A stretch of 64,000 bases of DNA from Balanoglossus misakiensis (taxonomy: Eukaryota > Animalia > Hemichordata). Under the pieces are notes generated by a model. The model searched no databases. It was not told where the DNA came from and saw only the letters and a list, made by a program, of their open reading frames with translations. The DNA is taken from NCBI GenBank assembly GCA_040954595.2, contig CM082584.2, positions 6,901,919 through 6,965,918 on the forward strand, given 5' to 3'. The position numbers and the translations under genes are program-made. Below are positions 1 to 12,554 of this stretch, one piece after another. Within the stretch, counting starts at the first letter, position 1; every line of letters begins with the position of its first letter.

Positions 1-3000
1 CAGTTATGCTATCCTGCATTCCTGCAGGCAATTTTGCTCTCTTCAATACAGAAGTTGTCTATGTTTATTTATAATGGATTGTATGGAGACGTTTCACCCA
101 TACACTGCCACATTGGCCAATCCATCAAATTTGTCCAAGTTTAATAACAGGGTCAAAAATATTATACAAAAATGTTAATTTCTTTTTGGTAAGATTTTTT
201 TCAGTTGCATTTCATTGATTTTTTCATCATTTTTATATCAGTGAAATATTCAGAGATATCTTCTTTGTTGACATACTATTTTGCCAAAAATATTTTGATT
301 TCAAAGTTTTTTTATGAATTCAAATAAAGTCTCATATTTTTCAAAATTGCCTCATTGCATAACAATGTTAAATTGAAAGGAGTACTTTGCTGGAAATTTA
401 TTGTGCATATATTTACCTGCTCTAATCTTGATGCAGACTTTAGCAGTAATTATGTGTGTAGGGTTAAAGATTTTACGAATGGTAGCTTAATGCACAAGTA
501 GGCTATCACAAGGTTTGATGGACCAAAATCGCTGTTGTCATGGAAATTGGTATGCATTGTGAGAGTTTTGAAAATAACATGTAGAAGTTTGTTTGACATC
601 AGCCCAATTTTGCAACCAGCTAAGTTGAAATGAGTTGCACAAAAGCTATATTATTTTCAGAACAGGACTGAAAAACTTTTTCTGTGAACACATTACTGTT
701 CACCTTGGGAGCCAATCGCAGGAGTTGTTATGTAATAGTAGCTCATGCCATGCAAGGGGCATTTGTTACAGGGGTTGTGATTGGATATATCTATATCCAA
801 GGAAGCAGCTGGGGCTAACGGATATTTAAAGGGCCACTACATGTAACTTCTGGCTAATTTTTTTCGCAGTAATGTTGCAATTATTCATATGGCCTCAGAG
901 ATTACTGTTGTTGAGTAATGTTACATTTTAGCCAAACTATCAGCAGACTAAGTCATTGTATTATCTATAAATAGCAAACAACATGTGTTTTAATCCCTGC
1001 AACAGTTGGCCCCCAAAAGGATACTGATTTCTCTGGTCCGATCTCTTAAAAAAAAAAAATTGTTGCCATATTTTATAGTTCAATCCCCTGGACTACCTTC
1101 AATTGCCAAACAGCTGTAGCATTTTAGTTCCTCTAATTAATCTAGACCTTATGACATCAAAGAATTTGTTTATAACCTTCAATACTTGCAGATTATGTGT
1201 CGATTAAATTGTGAAATTAGACTAAGTCCCAGACCAAATGAATGGCATTAACGACTTTGAAATTCTGTACTTTTGATACGAGAGTTTTAGACAGCCTTGT
1301 CGTATTATACTGTATGTTGCAAGTTTTTATGTGTGATGTAGAATTCAAAATGGCCAGTATTTTTTCCTCTGAACCACTGAGATCTGTCACTGTTCAGTTA
1401 GTCGAAAACCATAGTCTTTACAAAAATCATGTGTACAACATGTAGTAAACCATGTGCTGTGTCAAAGTTCATGTGACATCATTTTGCCCTTTCATGTTCA
1501 AACATGGCGGTGTTCTAGCTTTGCTTGCATCGTTCATTCCTAAGTGTAGTTAGAGTCATTTGCCGTCATGTCAGACTTGTTCTTCCGACATTTTACAATG
1601 ACAATAGCAGTCTATCTGTATATTCTATAGTCAGTTGAGATTTACAGACCTGTTTGTGTTTATATCTGTGTCATTTGGATGCAGGCTGTAAGGTCCCAAG
1701 TCCTCCAAAGCAAAGTTTGTTATTTTCTGTATGATCCCAATGCTTAAGTATGTGTGTGTCACTCATAAACACAAACAATAGTGAAGTCATCGCTACTTCT
1801 GCTGGATATTGCTACTTCCTGTACTGATGTTTCAAAAAAGAAATTGTCGCACCCCTGCTACTATGGACAGCTACTGTCTCTTCTGCTAGTGAAGTCATGC
1901 TATCTTAAAAGTAGACTGGTTTATGAGAGCATTGATACCATGGTGATGGTTGTCCCGGCGACAGACAAAGCCGGAGTACGAGTAAGGTTTAATAATCGCT
2001 CTCTGCATGTTGCAAACGACCAAAGCCCTTGCATTTGTATGTACATGTATTAAAACACTCTAAAATAGGAAGCAATCTTAATGTTTGATATTAGAGTCCA
2101 TCCATTCCATTATCAGAAATAATAATTAACGGGATGTAAGTACTTAATGTTACACCGAGTTTTATGTCATTGATGGCTTTCTAGAACATTTATACTGTAC
2201 ATTTACAGCTTTAGTGAAAAGCTTGTATATTGTGAATAATATTAAAAGTATTAAAAAAACAATATTGTGTGAGTAACTTCATTTCTTGGTCCTGTTGTTT
2301 GATGATAATCTGGATATTTCTTCTTCTTAAAGAAGCATATTTCCCCACCTAGGGCACTTAATCTATGGACACACAAAGGGACTTGAACAGAAGTTGTTTC
2401 AATACTGCAAAATCTCTGATGATACCGTATAGTACCATATAAGCTTACAGCGCTAAAGTATATTTGTGCATGTATCATGTACTGGTATTTTGTTTAAACA
2501 TCGGTTACATCTGGTGTGTAGCGTTGAGGGCGCTGTTCATATAGTTGTCAGTACGTCTCCGAGGTTTCTACACCAATAAGCTTGGGCCAGTACACAGTGG
2601 ATATGCTTGAATTGCTAAGAGAGTACATTGTATTGCTTAGAGAGTATAACATGAAGGCAGTGAGAGAGACGGTAACATGCTGTGAAACGAAAAATGGAGC
2701 CATTTACTTTCATCTTGTATGCCTCTTGTCATCTGTCTCTTCGATTAAGTAATATCCGTACTGTTCAGACCAAAATCAGACAGTTCAATGTCCTGTCGGT
2801 TATTAATTTAATTACAATATGGGATTTTCAAACTCTGTATCAATCAAATACATGTATTACAAAATGGAATCATTTATTCAAGCTTAAATCATGTCCAGAT
2901 AACTTGTAAGAACACAGATATACTAAAAACGGTAACCATCAGTTTGTCATACACAAATTTACATGTTGGCGTTGCATACATGAATTTTTTTTTAATTTTC

Positions 3001-3974
3001 AGATTTCAGTTTAACGTTTAATTACAAGCATTAATTTATACATAATAAGATACCGCACATTCTGTCGGCTCGGGTATTCACCGATGGCATAACACAACCA
3101 CCTGTTTCTAAATCAAGGCTAATCGACCCTGGAAGACCATTGGTGCAGACATGTCGTATAATTCATTTATTTTTGATTTCAGGACTTTTTTTTCGAACCG
3201 ACAGCTTGAACTGACTCAGCAAAATCTAATTTTTAGTCGAGATATTTATGAAAGTTCGACAAAGGTGTGTCAGTGAACGAATTTCAACCAGAAATCATGC
3301 AGCGGGTTATTTTTAAATGGGGGGGGGGGGGGGGGTCCGTGAAAATGCATTGTACCTTTTGGTGATTCAGGACTTACATAATTGACAAAAAACTAAGATT
3401 CTTGAAATCGACCGGTTTGCATGTCTCTTATCCATAGTTTTGTACCACGTATTAAGACGCCATTACGGCCGCAGTTTATGCCGGGGTGAGATCGTCTCTG
3501 TACGCAAATATCATAGGTTGTCAAACCCAGCAGATACTAAAGTCATCAATTCTGAAAAGTCGAAAGCTTACATACAGAACTCTTCAAATGGCCTTGAGAC
3601 GGAGAACATCTGCGGTGACGTCACTGATGTAAAATAGGCGAGACTAGCGAATATATAAATGAAAACTTCATTATTAGGCCCTAGTACTATACAGTAAGAC
3701 GCACAACTGCCCTGCACAATCACTTGCTTGCTGAACCGTCGTTGGGTGACCAACAAGCTCTACCGAAAATACAGACATGAGGGTCCAAACTCTTTTGGTA
3801 TTCGGAGTAATATGCTTTCTCAAGAAGGTATACTTGACAGTTTCTCACATTTCTTTATGATTGTCTTGCAAGCGTATCTCTTATTCGCCTAATCAACGTC
3901 ATGATACGAAATAGCGTTCGTTGTACGAATATTATATACATTTTGCTTCATTTTTTTCTTGATTTTTTGCCACC

Positions 3975-6469
3975 ATGTTTTGTGACGATTTTCGAGTCCC
4001 CATTTTCTTTCAAACCAGTTTAATATTTTCTGTCTGCTACGTGAGATTGCCTCGCGAGACGTATTCATGAGACCGTGTATCTAACATTTCATGACTTACA
4101 CTGACTTTGGAAACAGTTCGTCAATCCCCGCTCAAACCGGTGACGATTTGGAACTTCTTGTCGGAGATCGATGCCAGTACACTATCGAGTCACAGTTTTC
4201 TTTGCCTAACTTCACATTTCATCACACAGCTTCAATAAGAGGCCCAGGTTTTTTTCCCCAATCAGACTCCACTTGGTAAAGAGTCAGCGGACTGTTTGAC
4301 GAATGTTCTTTTTTTATTCATTTTTACAGGCAAGCGGCGCAGAAGGTAAGGATAGCAATGGTCATCACTGTGGCCGCTACTTAGACTCTATAGCAGTCGC
4401 TGTGCCTGTCGATATAGAATGGAACTTTCATCATACTGCGTACTAGCGTCACGTCCACAGGACGTTCTATACGTAACGCGGACGCGCATTTCAGTATCAC
4501 ACAGTCTTGGAGCAAGACTATGGCCGCTACTGAGCAGAAACTTCGATTTCTTCATTCGGTTGGTGTTGAAGCGATTGGTTGATTGATTGTCAACTTTCCG
4601 ACTCAAGCCGTCAATTTCGCGCCTTCGATCCCTTACCTTGACAACATGGCACTGTTGGCATGTCTATTAAAGGGACATTTAATTTGACTTTTGGCTACGT
4701 TTGCATTTCTTTGCCGAAATTACATGTTCTGGTTGTTAAATTACTAGTATTGACTTCTACGTATATACCCTCAGGCTGGTGTAGTCGGTAAGACCCAATG
4801 TTAGCGTTCCCATGAGATTCTTTTCATTGGAAGGTAAAATAACGAGAAAATGAAAAACGCTCTTAACAAAGTCGAGGGGGCTTTAATAATCAATCTCATC
4901 TACAGTCATTAGGGAACAGCGATTGGTATACTAGTAGTGTGTTTATGCGACTTACTATGCACAACCTGCTAAAATCTCTAATTACGGAGAAAATGTGTGT
5001 AGGCCCTATATCACATACGAAAACATATCCGTGCTTTCTTTGCCGTGAGTTGTGTCATTTTTTTTTTAGATGAACATGCAGAAACTGTTCTTGGAGTAAC
5101 AAAGGATAAGGAAGTTGTTATTTATCAGGAAGATGGAACCTGGAGCGATCCTATCGAGAACAGCTGCTGCGTCCTCAGCGTGGCAATCCTGCCGGGTGGC
5201 GTCGTTTTGGGTGTCCGCACGGACCACCAAGTCTACGAATGGAAATCCAGGGGCGGCGAGTGGTCCTGGGTGGGCCCCGTCGACAACAGCTGCTGCGTGA
5301 AGTTCATCAGGCCGGGAAGCAGGGGCTGGCTGCTAGGCCTCACCGTGGACAACAAGCTGGTGGTCAAAAGTACCCTGAGAAGCCCCTGGGTCAAACAGTC
5401 CAGGGGCTGCTGCTACGACTCGGTGGAGACGGTCGCTGACGGCAGGCTGTACGCCGTCACAACGAGCGGGGCGGTCAAGACCAAAGTCGACATCCTCACC
5501 GGCGCCTGGGAGAGGGTGAACGTGGACGGGCCGGCCATCCGAGACGCCATCCACCTCAGTGACACCGGTGTGTCGGTGGCCTTATCGAGGGACGGCTGTG
5601 AGATGTATGAATTAGACGAGGATGCGATGGCATGGGGCCCCGAGAACATCAATGTTGGAGACACCTGCCTGCTTACTTTGGCCACTGGAGACAGTCCAGG
5701 TGAGTCTTCTGGAAGTCTCCACTTTTTTATGTCCTGACCAAACTGAAAAGATGACGACCCTTGGTGAGCCACCATGATATTACTGCAGCTACTGAACCTT
5801 TCAAAGCTTTAACTAGGGAATCTGAGATTGCAGGGTTGCCAGATTTGGGGATGGTATAGATATGTGCGCGCACCCCCGGCTCTGTGCATGGGTGCAGGGG
5901 TGTGAGTAGACTGTCCTTTGTACATGTACATGTAGATTAGACAAACACAGGAGGGGATTCTGTCGTGTGCGGGCGCTTCGCAACGGTTGAGGTGGTGATG
6001 TTGCCGAGCAACAGCAATAGCGATTGAGTTTTTACATTCTCCCAGACGCACATTGCCAGGGTGTTTTTTGACAGTAAGTCAGGCTTGAGACGTGACTTCG
6101 AAGAGGTAAGCATTGTGGACTAACTTAGGATAAGCAGGATGGCTTGGACTCCAATTGTTTATTATCATGAATGGGCCCAAAATGGGCGAGTCTCGGTTTG
6201 AAATGCAAAATCGAAACTGTGGAACCGACCAGTCAGTAATACTTTTTATTGTATTTTTGTTTCCAGAGATGTAGTAGACGAAAGAACATGACAATGCGGA
6301 GGTTGGTATTTATAATATAACATCTATTGTGTAGCTGTATATATGTGTCTCTCTGTCTGACTGACTGTGAATTTTTTTTGACATTGTCACTCATTCTCGA
6401 TGAACTTTTAATTTAACTGTAACTTATAATAATAATACACTCAATTTGTTTCATTTCATTTCAGCATAA
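3975..6469 (+). CDS. Secreted beta-propeller repeat protein 1 (tectonin/tachylectin-like, five ~40-aa repeats, vicinal CC motifs), ~238 aa
   Basis: Main exon 5070-5699 (tttag|...ccag|gtgagt, phase 1-1) carries repeats of the form hhGh-x-D...W...NSCCV. Micro-exon 4330-4345 (tttacag|GCAAGCGGCGCAGAAG|gtaag, phase 0-1). Terminal exon starts at 6465 (G|CA TAA). The first exon 3975-4040 (gccaccATG...TAC|gtgaga, MFCDDFRVPIFFQTSLIFSVCY, phase 0) is tentative. Phases mirror the paralog at 7637-10726. Confidence 0.75.
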
Positions 6470-6634
6470 CTGGACAAATTATCGCTTGGTGGCGGCATTA
6501 TTTTAAAATTGGTAATATATTTTAGTTGGGATGACCTGTCATTTAAAATATCTATACAATGTATATGGAATTTTATCATTCAGGCGATTAAAAAGACTTT
6601 GAGCAACAATGAATTATCGTGTGTCATGGTTGTG

Positions 6635-6648
6635 GTGATGACGATGGT

Positions 6649-6737
<89 letters not shown>

Positions 6738-6740
6738 GGT
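6635..6740. repeat. (GAT)n / (GGT)n microsatellite
   Basis: A run of gatgatgat followed by ggtggt is seen directly. Confidence 0.95.
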
Positions 6741-7636
6741 ACACTCCCCAAATTACTGAAGCTGCCGCATAATGTACTTTTAAGTTTGATTAACATGTTA
6801 CCTATCTGCAAACAACAAGCGTAAGAAACAATAGCGTTTTACATTTAAGAGCATTAACATGACATAAAAACGTCACATATTGTGTCACACAACACAGCCT
6901 CCTGTTTGGTAAACGTTATAAATATTTACATATTATTTTTAATGACTTGTTAACACACCAAATGAATTAATATAACTAAAACACCAACTGAGATAGTTCA
7001 AACGAACATAAAATTATTTGAGATGTACGCCCCTTTGACACTACTGAATTTCGACATGCATAGTTCCCAACTAGCGTGATTTCGGAACGACGTTATTTGA
7101 CAAAATGCCACACATCACAGGTAAACACACACAAACGCACGCACACAGAGGTCCAAACGGCATTTCAAAACGTGTATCGTTATTCGAATTTGTGATTTGA
7201 CGTGTCATAACGTAAGTAATCCAAATCGACGAGCTGTTACCCTTTATATTGTTCAAGATTCGCTGTGTTTTACGTAATCACAGCATATCGAAAGATGCTT
7301 TTTTTTCTTTCCCGTACACATGGGATGGTTATAAACACGTATTTCTTTCAGTCTTTGGTATACTTTGATCATTTTAACCGTTTTTTTGTTCCAGATATGG
7401 TAATAATCATGCGAAGGTGTCGCAAGAACTGATTTCAACGTGTAATTAATATTCACATTAATCTGGTGCCGGCCGCAATGCATGTAATTAATGTGGATTA
7501 TGCATGAATATTCATATTGATGTGCGCAATTAACCAATGAAAGACGTTGATGGCCAAGGAGAGACGTCAAAAGGGCCATTGCGGTTTTGGCAGCGCTACT
7601 TTAGACGAGACTATCGGTTGCTTCGACCAGGCCACC

Positions 7637-8771
7637 ATGAAGCCCCTCGCAGTATTCATCGTCGTGGCTGTCATTTTGTTACACGAGGTAAGTTGAGATT
7701 TGCGCTCTGTCCGGTCGTTCGCGCGTTTCTCTTTTGGTGCTTACCTCTCACGTGATCGTAACGAATTGCCTAAGATTGGGGCGAAGAGATTTTTTGAGCG
7801 ACGCCATGTCTGTCCTGCGTTAAGAAGAGCAAGTAAATCCGAAAGTTATGGCGTTTTATTATGTTTCCCCTCATTTGACAATACCCGAATGTAAACTTCG
7901 CCTCTTCGAGACTGCATGAGGAGAATACAAATGACATCTATAAAACATGACATCAACAGCCATAATCATTTCCGCGTAATTTCAAAGTCACTTTTCACAG
8001 ATTCCTAAACGAAAAATCTGACCATATTTTTTGTCGATGAACGTTCACAGAGGGATAGGGTTGATCCTGCTGATTTTGTGATGTTTTGTGTTAGTGTGCC
8101 CATTTTGTGGAGTGAAGATGGAGCCACATTTGGGCGTCCCAAAATATAATGTGCGCAATTACATTTAGAGGGAAGATTCGCCAGTGTTTATGGCAATAAC
8201 GAAATATTCTTGTCTCGGTGAACCGCCAAACAGAGCCAGGCAAAAACCTCCACATTTTTGTACAGTGACAGAGTTACGCATATTTCTTGCCTAGGTTCGT
8301 AATAACATAGTTCACCATCATTTTCTCGACTTTTACATAAGTTATATTTTGAGACGAAAAAATACAACATGGCAAAAATAATGGTCGTTTCCGAAATCGA
8401 GTCGTCGTGTACTTGGGAGAGGGTCGTACTGCACAAAGTTACGCGAGCTTTTTCATGAAATTCGTTTAATCATACCACTCCCCGGCCGCACACAGAATTA
8501 CGCAATGATCGGCTTGATTTAATACATACGTCACATCAGCCACACTGTCGTTTATTGTTTTCTATTATTTAATCTTCCGATTATACCCGACAAGCTGTTC
8601 AAGTGGAAACCGGCAGAGCTGTGACGCGTCCGTATTAGCCGTGGCCACAGATGTAAACGATTGACATTTGTTGGTGAATCATCAATTAATTAAGGATTGT
8701 GAAAATCTGGTCACTTAATGCCTGCATGAGGTCGATTACCAGTTTATCCGATCTTGAAACAATGTATTGTA

Positions 8772-8870
<99 letters not shown>

Positions 8871-10599
8871 ATGTCTGTCTGTATGTATGTATGTATGTAT
8901 GTATGTATGTTATGTCGGTATGTATGTATGTATGTATGTATGTATGTATGTATGTATGTATGTATGTATGTATGTATGTATGTATGTATGTATGTATGTA
9001 TGTATGTATGTATGTTATGTCGGTATGTATGTATGTATGTATGTATGTATGTATGTATGTATGTATGTGTATGTATGTATGTATGTATGTATGTATGTAT
9101 GTATGTATGTATGTATGTATGTATGTATGTATGTATGTATGTATGTATGTATGTATGTATGTATGTATGTATGTATGTATGTATGTATGTATGTATGTAT
9201 GTATGTATGTATGTATGTATGTATGTACGTACGTACGTACGTACGTACGTATGTATGTATGTATGTGATGTGTGTATGGTGTATGGTGTACGTACGTGCG
9301 TATACTACTACATGCACAGTCTCTTCTTTCGAGCTCCTCTCGTTCACCCCTTTACAAAAAAAAATTGAAAGCTCCCTTAGAAACGACAAATGTTGCGGTG
9401 TATAATGTGCCATTGTGTAATTCTTTTCTTTTCTGTTGACATTAATTCCGGGTGTTACTTTCATCCGCAGACCGAGTCGGCGAAATTAGCCAGACGAATT
9501 CAACAAAAGAGGGATGATCATGATGATGAGGACGAGGACCATGGAGGTATGCAATTAGACTTGCTCCAAGTCTGTGGGTTTCATTATGTGTAGGGAACGC
9601 GTAGGCCCATAGCTTGGTCGACGCTACCCGAAACCACAAGCTCAGTCCCAAATTTGAAACTCACCTCTCTACCAAAAACACGCTCAAGGCAAGCATGCAC
9701 ACAAAAAGTATTGAAATTGTTTTTTTAAGACAAAAAAAACCCACCGAAAACACAAAAGTATTGAGATTTAAAAACCACCAAGCGACTAGTGGGCTAGTCT
9801 AGTGTGCAACTTAAGGCAAAGTTGACCAAACTTTCACTGGGCAGAGTCGCACGGTGCATTCCAGCGTCAGTGATGGTATGTGTTTCATTAAAAACAGCTC
9901 CGGAAAGCGACCACGACGACGACCAGATGTACGTGGTGGGTGTGACGAAGGACCACAAGGTAGTGTACAGGGACGAGGACGGCGACTGGAAAGAGACGCC
10001 GAACAGTTGCTGCGTCCTCGCCGTGGCCACGCTGAATTCCGGCATCGTCGTCGGGGTGGGCACCGACCACCAGCTGTACGAGTGGAAATCCAGGAATGGC
10101 GTGTGGGGCTGGGTGGGCCCCCAGCCCAACAGCTGCTGCGTCAAGGCCATCTCGGTGACAAACTCCGGGGCGTTGATCGGCGTCACTCCGCAGGACCGCG
10201 TCGTCATGAAGATGACGTACGCGAGTTCCTGGAACCAGATACCGTCTTCCTCTTGCTGCGTGACCAGCGTTGAAAACGACGTAGCGGGGCGGTTGTACGG
10301 CGTGGCCAAGAACGGGAAAGTGAAAATTCTGAACAGCATGTTCTACGGCTCGTGGGAGCTCTATCCTATCAGCGGACCCAAAGTCAGCGACATCATGGCG
10401 TACCCGAACGGAGAGTCGTACGGACTGTCCAGGGACGGATGCGAAATATACCACTTTGAGTATGAAGAGATGAAATGGGGAGATGATATGAACGACGGCA
10501 CGTGTCTTCTGTCGATATCCGTCCTGGTGAATCCAGGTAAGTCTATTGGTTGTGGATGTACTCAATGAAGACATGCTTTCGGTGATGATGTGTTCTCGG

Positions 10600-10661
<62 letters not shown>

Positions 10662-10726
10662 GTGAGTGTATTATGAATGCTATATTATATCTTTCAGAAT
10701 ATCAAAATGCCAACCACGACCACTGA
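7637..10726 (+). CDS. Secreted beta-propeller repeat protein 2 (tectonin/tachylectin-like preproprotein), ~264 aa
   Basis: Exons: 7637-7687 (perfect Kozak gccaccATG, signal peptide MKPLAVFIVVAVILLHE, phase 0); 9471-9546 (TESAKLARRIQQKRDDHDDEDEDHG, phase 1); 9898-10536 (five repeats with NSCCV/SSCCV, phase 1); 10698-10726 (EYQNANHDH*). A further 3' exon starts at 11082, with AATAAA near 11216. Confidence 0.85.
8770..9270. repeat. Compound microsatellite (TCTG)n-(TATG)n-(TACG)n in intron 1 of propeller gene 2
   Basis: About 500 bp of tetranucleotide repeats seen directly. Confidence 0.98.
10590..10660. repeat. (GAT)n microsatellite, intronic
   Basis: A gatgatgat run is seen directly. Confidence 0.95.
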
Positions 10727-11925
10727 AGCTAGACGTTTAAACACAAGTTGGAGGTATGTGGTATTTTGTGTGTTTTTTGTTCATGTCGTACAAGCCTCTA
10801 GTATAATTTTAGACAGTGGATCCGGATAATTTCCAAACTCAACGAGATCCTGCGAGATCTCGCGCGACTAGGCAGGTTATAGGGGAGGACACTGATATGT
10901 GTTACAGAACCAGCAGCATCTAGACCATTGTGATAAACAGCACAAAAATTACAATTTTTTTATGCTTAGTACAAAGAATGACGTGTATTATTAGTATTTG
11001 CGTGTATGCATGCACACACACACATACATACATGTTTGAACACCACTAACAAGCGGTTCCATTTCCCCCCTTATCTTACAGCAAATCTGTGACAAATTAT
11101 CGATCGGTGACGGGATCAGAGAATTTTACAATTCGTCGACTGGCTGCATTCACGTTGGCAAAGTCCTGCGTGTGAATTTCGCGGTCAGCTTTTCTGTCAT
11201 AATTTTAAATTAAGAAATAAACGTTATTTTGGTATAGGGGTTAATACTGTCGTCTCGTGTGCCTCTTCACTTTCAACTCTCGTGGAGTCTCGCTCCAAGG
11301 GATGGACACGATAGAAACACGCGGGACAGTCTCCACTACAGGGGTTCAACAAATCAGTTTTCAATGGTCTCTCTCCATCACCCGTCCCTTGAACTTCGAT
11401 CATTGACGCAGAGAATGATAACAGCTTTGAAGTACATATACCATATCTCTCCGCCTGATTGCAATCGTTTGAAAATGTCTTGCAGGCCAGTTTATTGGCA
11501 TAAAATCACCACCACCAGGACCACAAACGACAACAACCAAACGTGTGACACTCACACGTACACAAGTATAGTTTGCACTCAGAACTGATCTTTGGGTTAT
11601 TTACGCAGTTCTCTTATCTGGCACCTGTTGAATCGACCGGTCATTACAACGCACACCCCGTACATACCGCAAATACTTCTGTACCATAATTCTGGTCGAG
11701 GTCAAAAATCACTGCACCAGGCAAGGACATGTGTAAGGCTGTGAAATATGCAAGGGTACAGCTTCAATCGTCTGCAGTGTTCAGACGAATATACTAGTAA
11801 ATACCCCCTCTCACACACAAAATAGCTGTGTATGAACGATTATGGATTTTTCCATATTCAAAGCTATGACGAATTCACGGTACATACCAGAACTGCCACC
11901 AAAGTATTCAGAGTACGTACGCAAG

Positions 11926-12420
11926 GGGGAATCCCCGTGGCCGTTGATTGAGTTGCATGGCTCACCAGCAGACCACTTGAAAGATCAGCGACCGACATGT
12001 TGCGACATGCATGTGTTTTATGCCGGATTCCGGCGGAAGAGAAAATATCGCTTTATGTTATTATCAATATTAAGTGTGGTCGATTTGAATTTCAAAGAAT
12101 TTTACCCGTCCTTATTAAACGGAAAACGAATTATCGGAAACGTCAGCCACCCCTAAAAAAATAACCACTCCAAAGTGTCTGAATATTAGAGCGAGATAAC
12201 AGCGGTGCGCAGACACAAATTATCGCCTCACTGAGTCACTGCCAATCGGGTTGCGCAGAAACGAATTATCGCCGCACGATGTACTCACGTAGTCACTGAT
12301 ATGATGACGGTGTGTCACACACGGTGTCCTTTTATCTCGTCCTGATAAGGCAGGGACCCGTCTCCCGAGAATTAACTACGTTGCCTCATACGCGGAACAC
12401 GCCCGCCCACGCCCGGAAGC
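11926..12420 (+). promoter_or_regulatory. Putative immune-type promoter/enhancer upstream of the class II cytokine receptor-like gene
   Basis: NF-kB consensus GGGGAATCCCC at 11926-11936, AP-1 TGAGTCA at 12232-12238, CCAAT at 12242, GATA sites near 12330 and 12343, GC box gcccgccc near 12401, ETS-like ccggaag near 12413. These are motif matches only. Confidence 0.45.
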
Positions 12421-12554
12421 GATTTTCTCCCCCATTTCCACCCAAGTAACTCCACAGAAACACAGTTACGTCCTCGGGACGTCTGTAAGTGGACGTTTTA
12501 CATGTAAATACCGACTTTGACTTGTGAAAAAAACCACCACACAACAAACACAAG

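Noticed and set aside
825-870. ttaaaggg... start (similar starts near 4667, 26862, 27468, 61590) resembling ends of TTAA-target DNA transposons
   Set aside because: I could not find matching opposite termini or any transposase sequence, so no element can be delimited.
5115-5775. Overlapping alternate-frame and antisense ORFs over GC-rich exons (also 9794-10574, 19101-19729, 45282-46711, 53423-54598)
   Set aside because: These are shadow ORFs caused by the high GC of the true exons and have no recognisable motifs.
6614-6811. Poly-Ser/Pro/His ORF
   Set aside because: It is a translation of the (GAT)n/(GGT)n microsatellite.
8699-9464. Long ORFs with VCLS/VCMY/YIHT repeats
   Set aside because: They are stop-free translations of the tetranucleotide microsatellite inside an intron.
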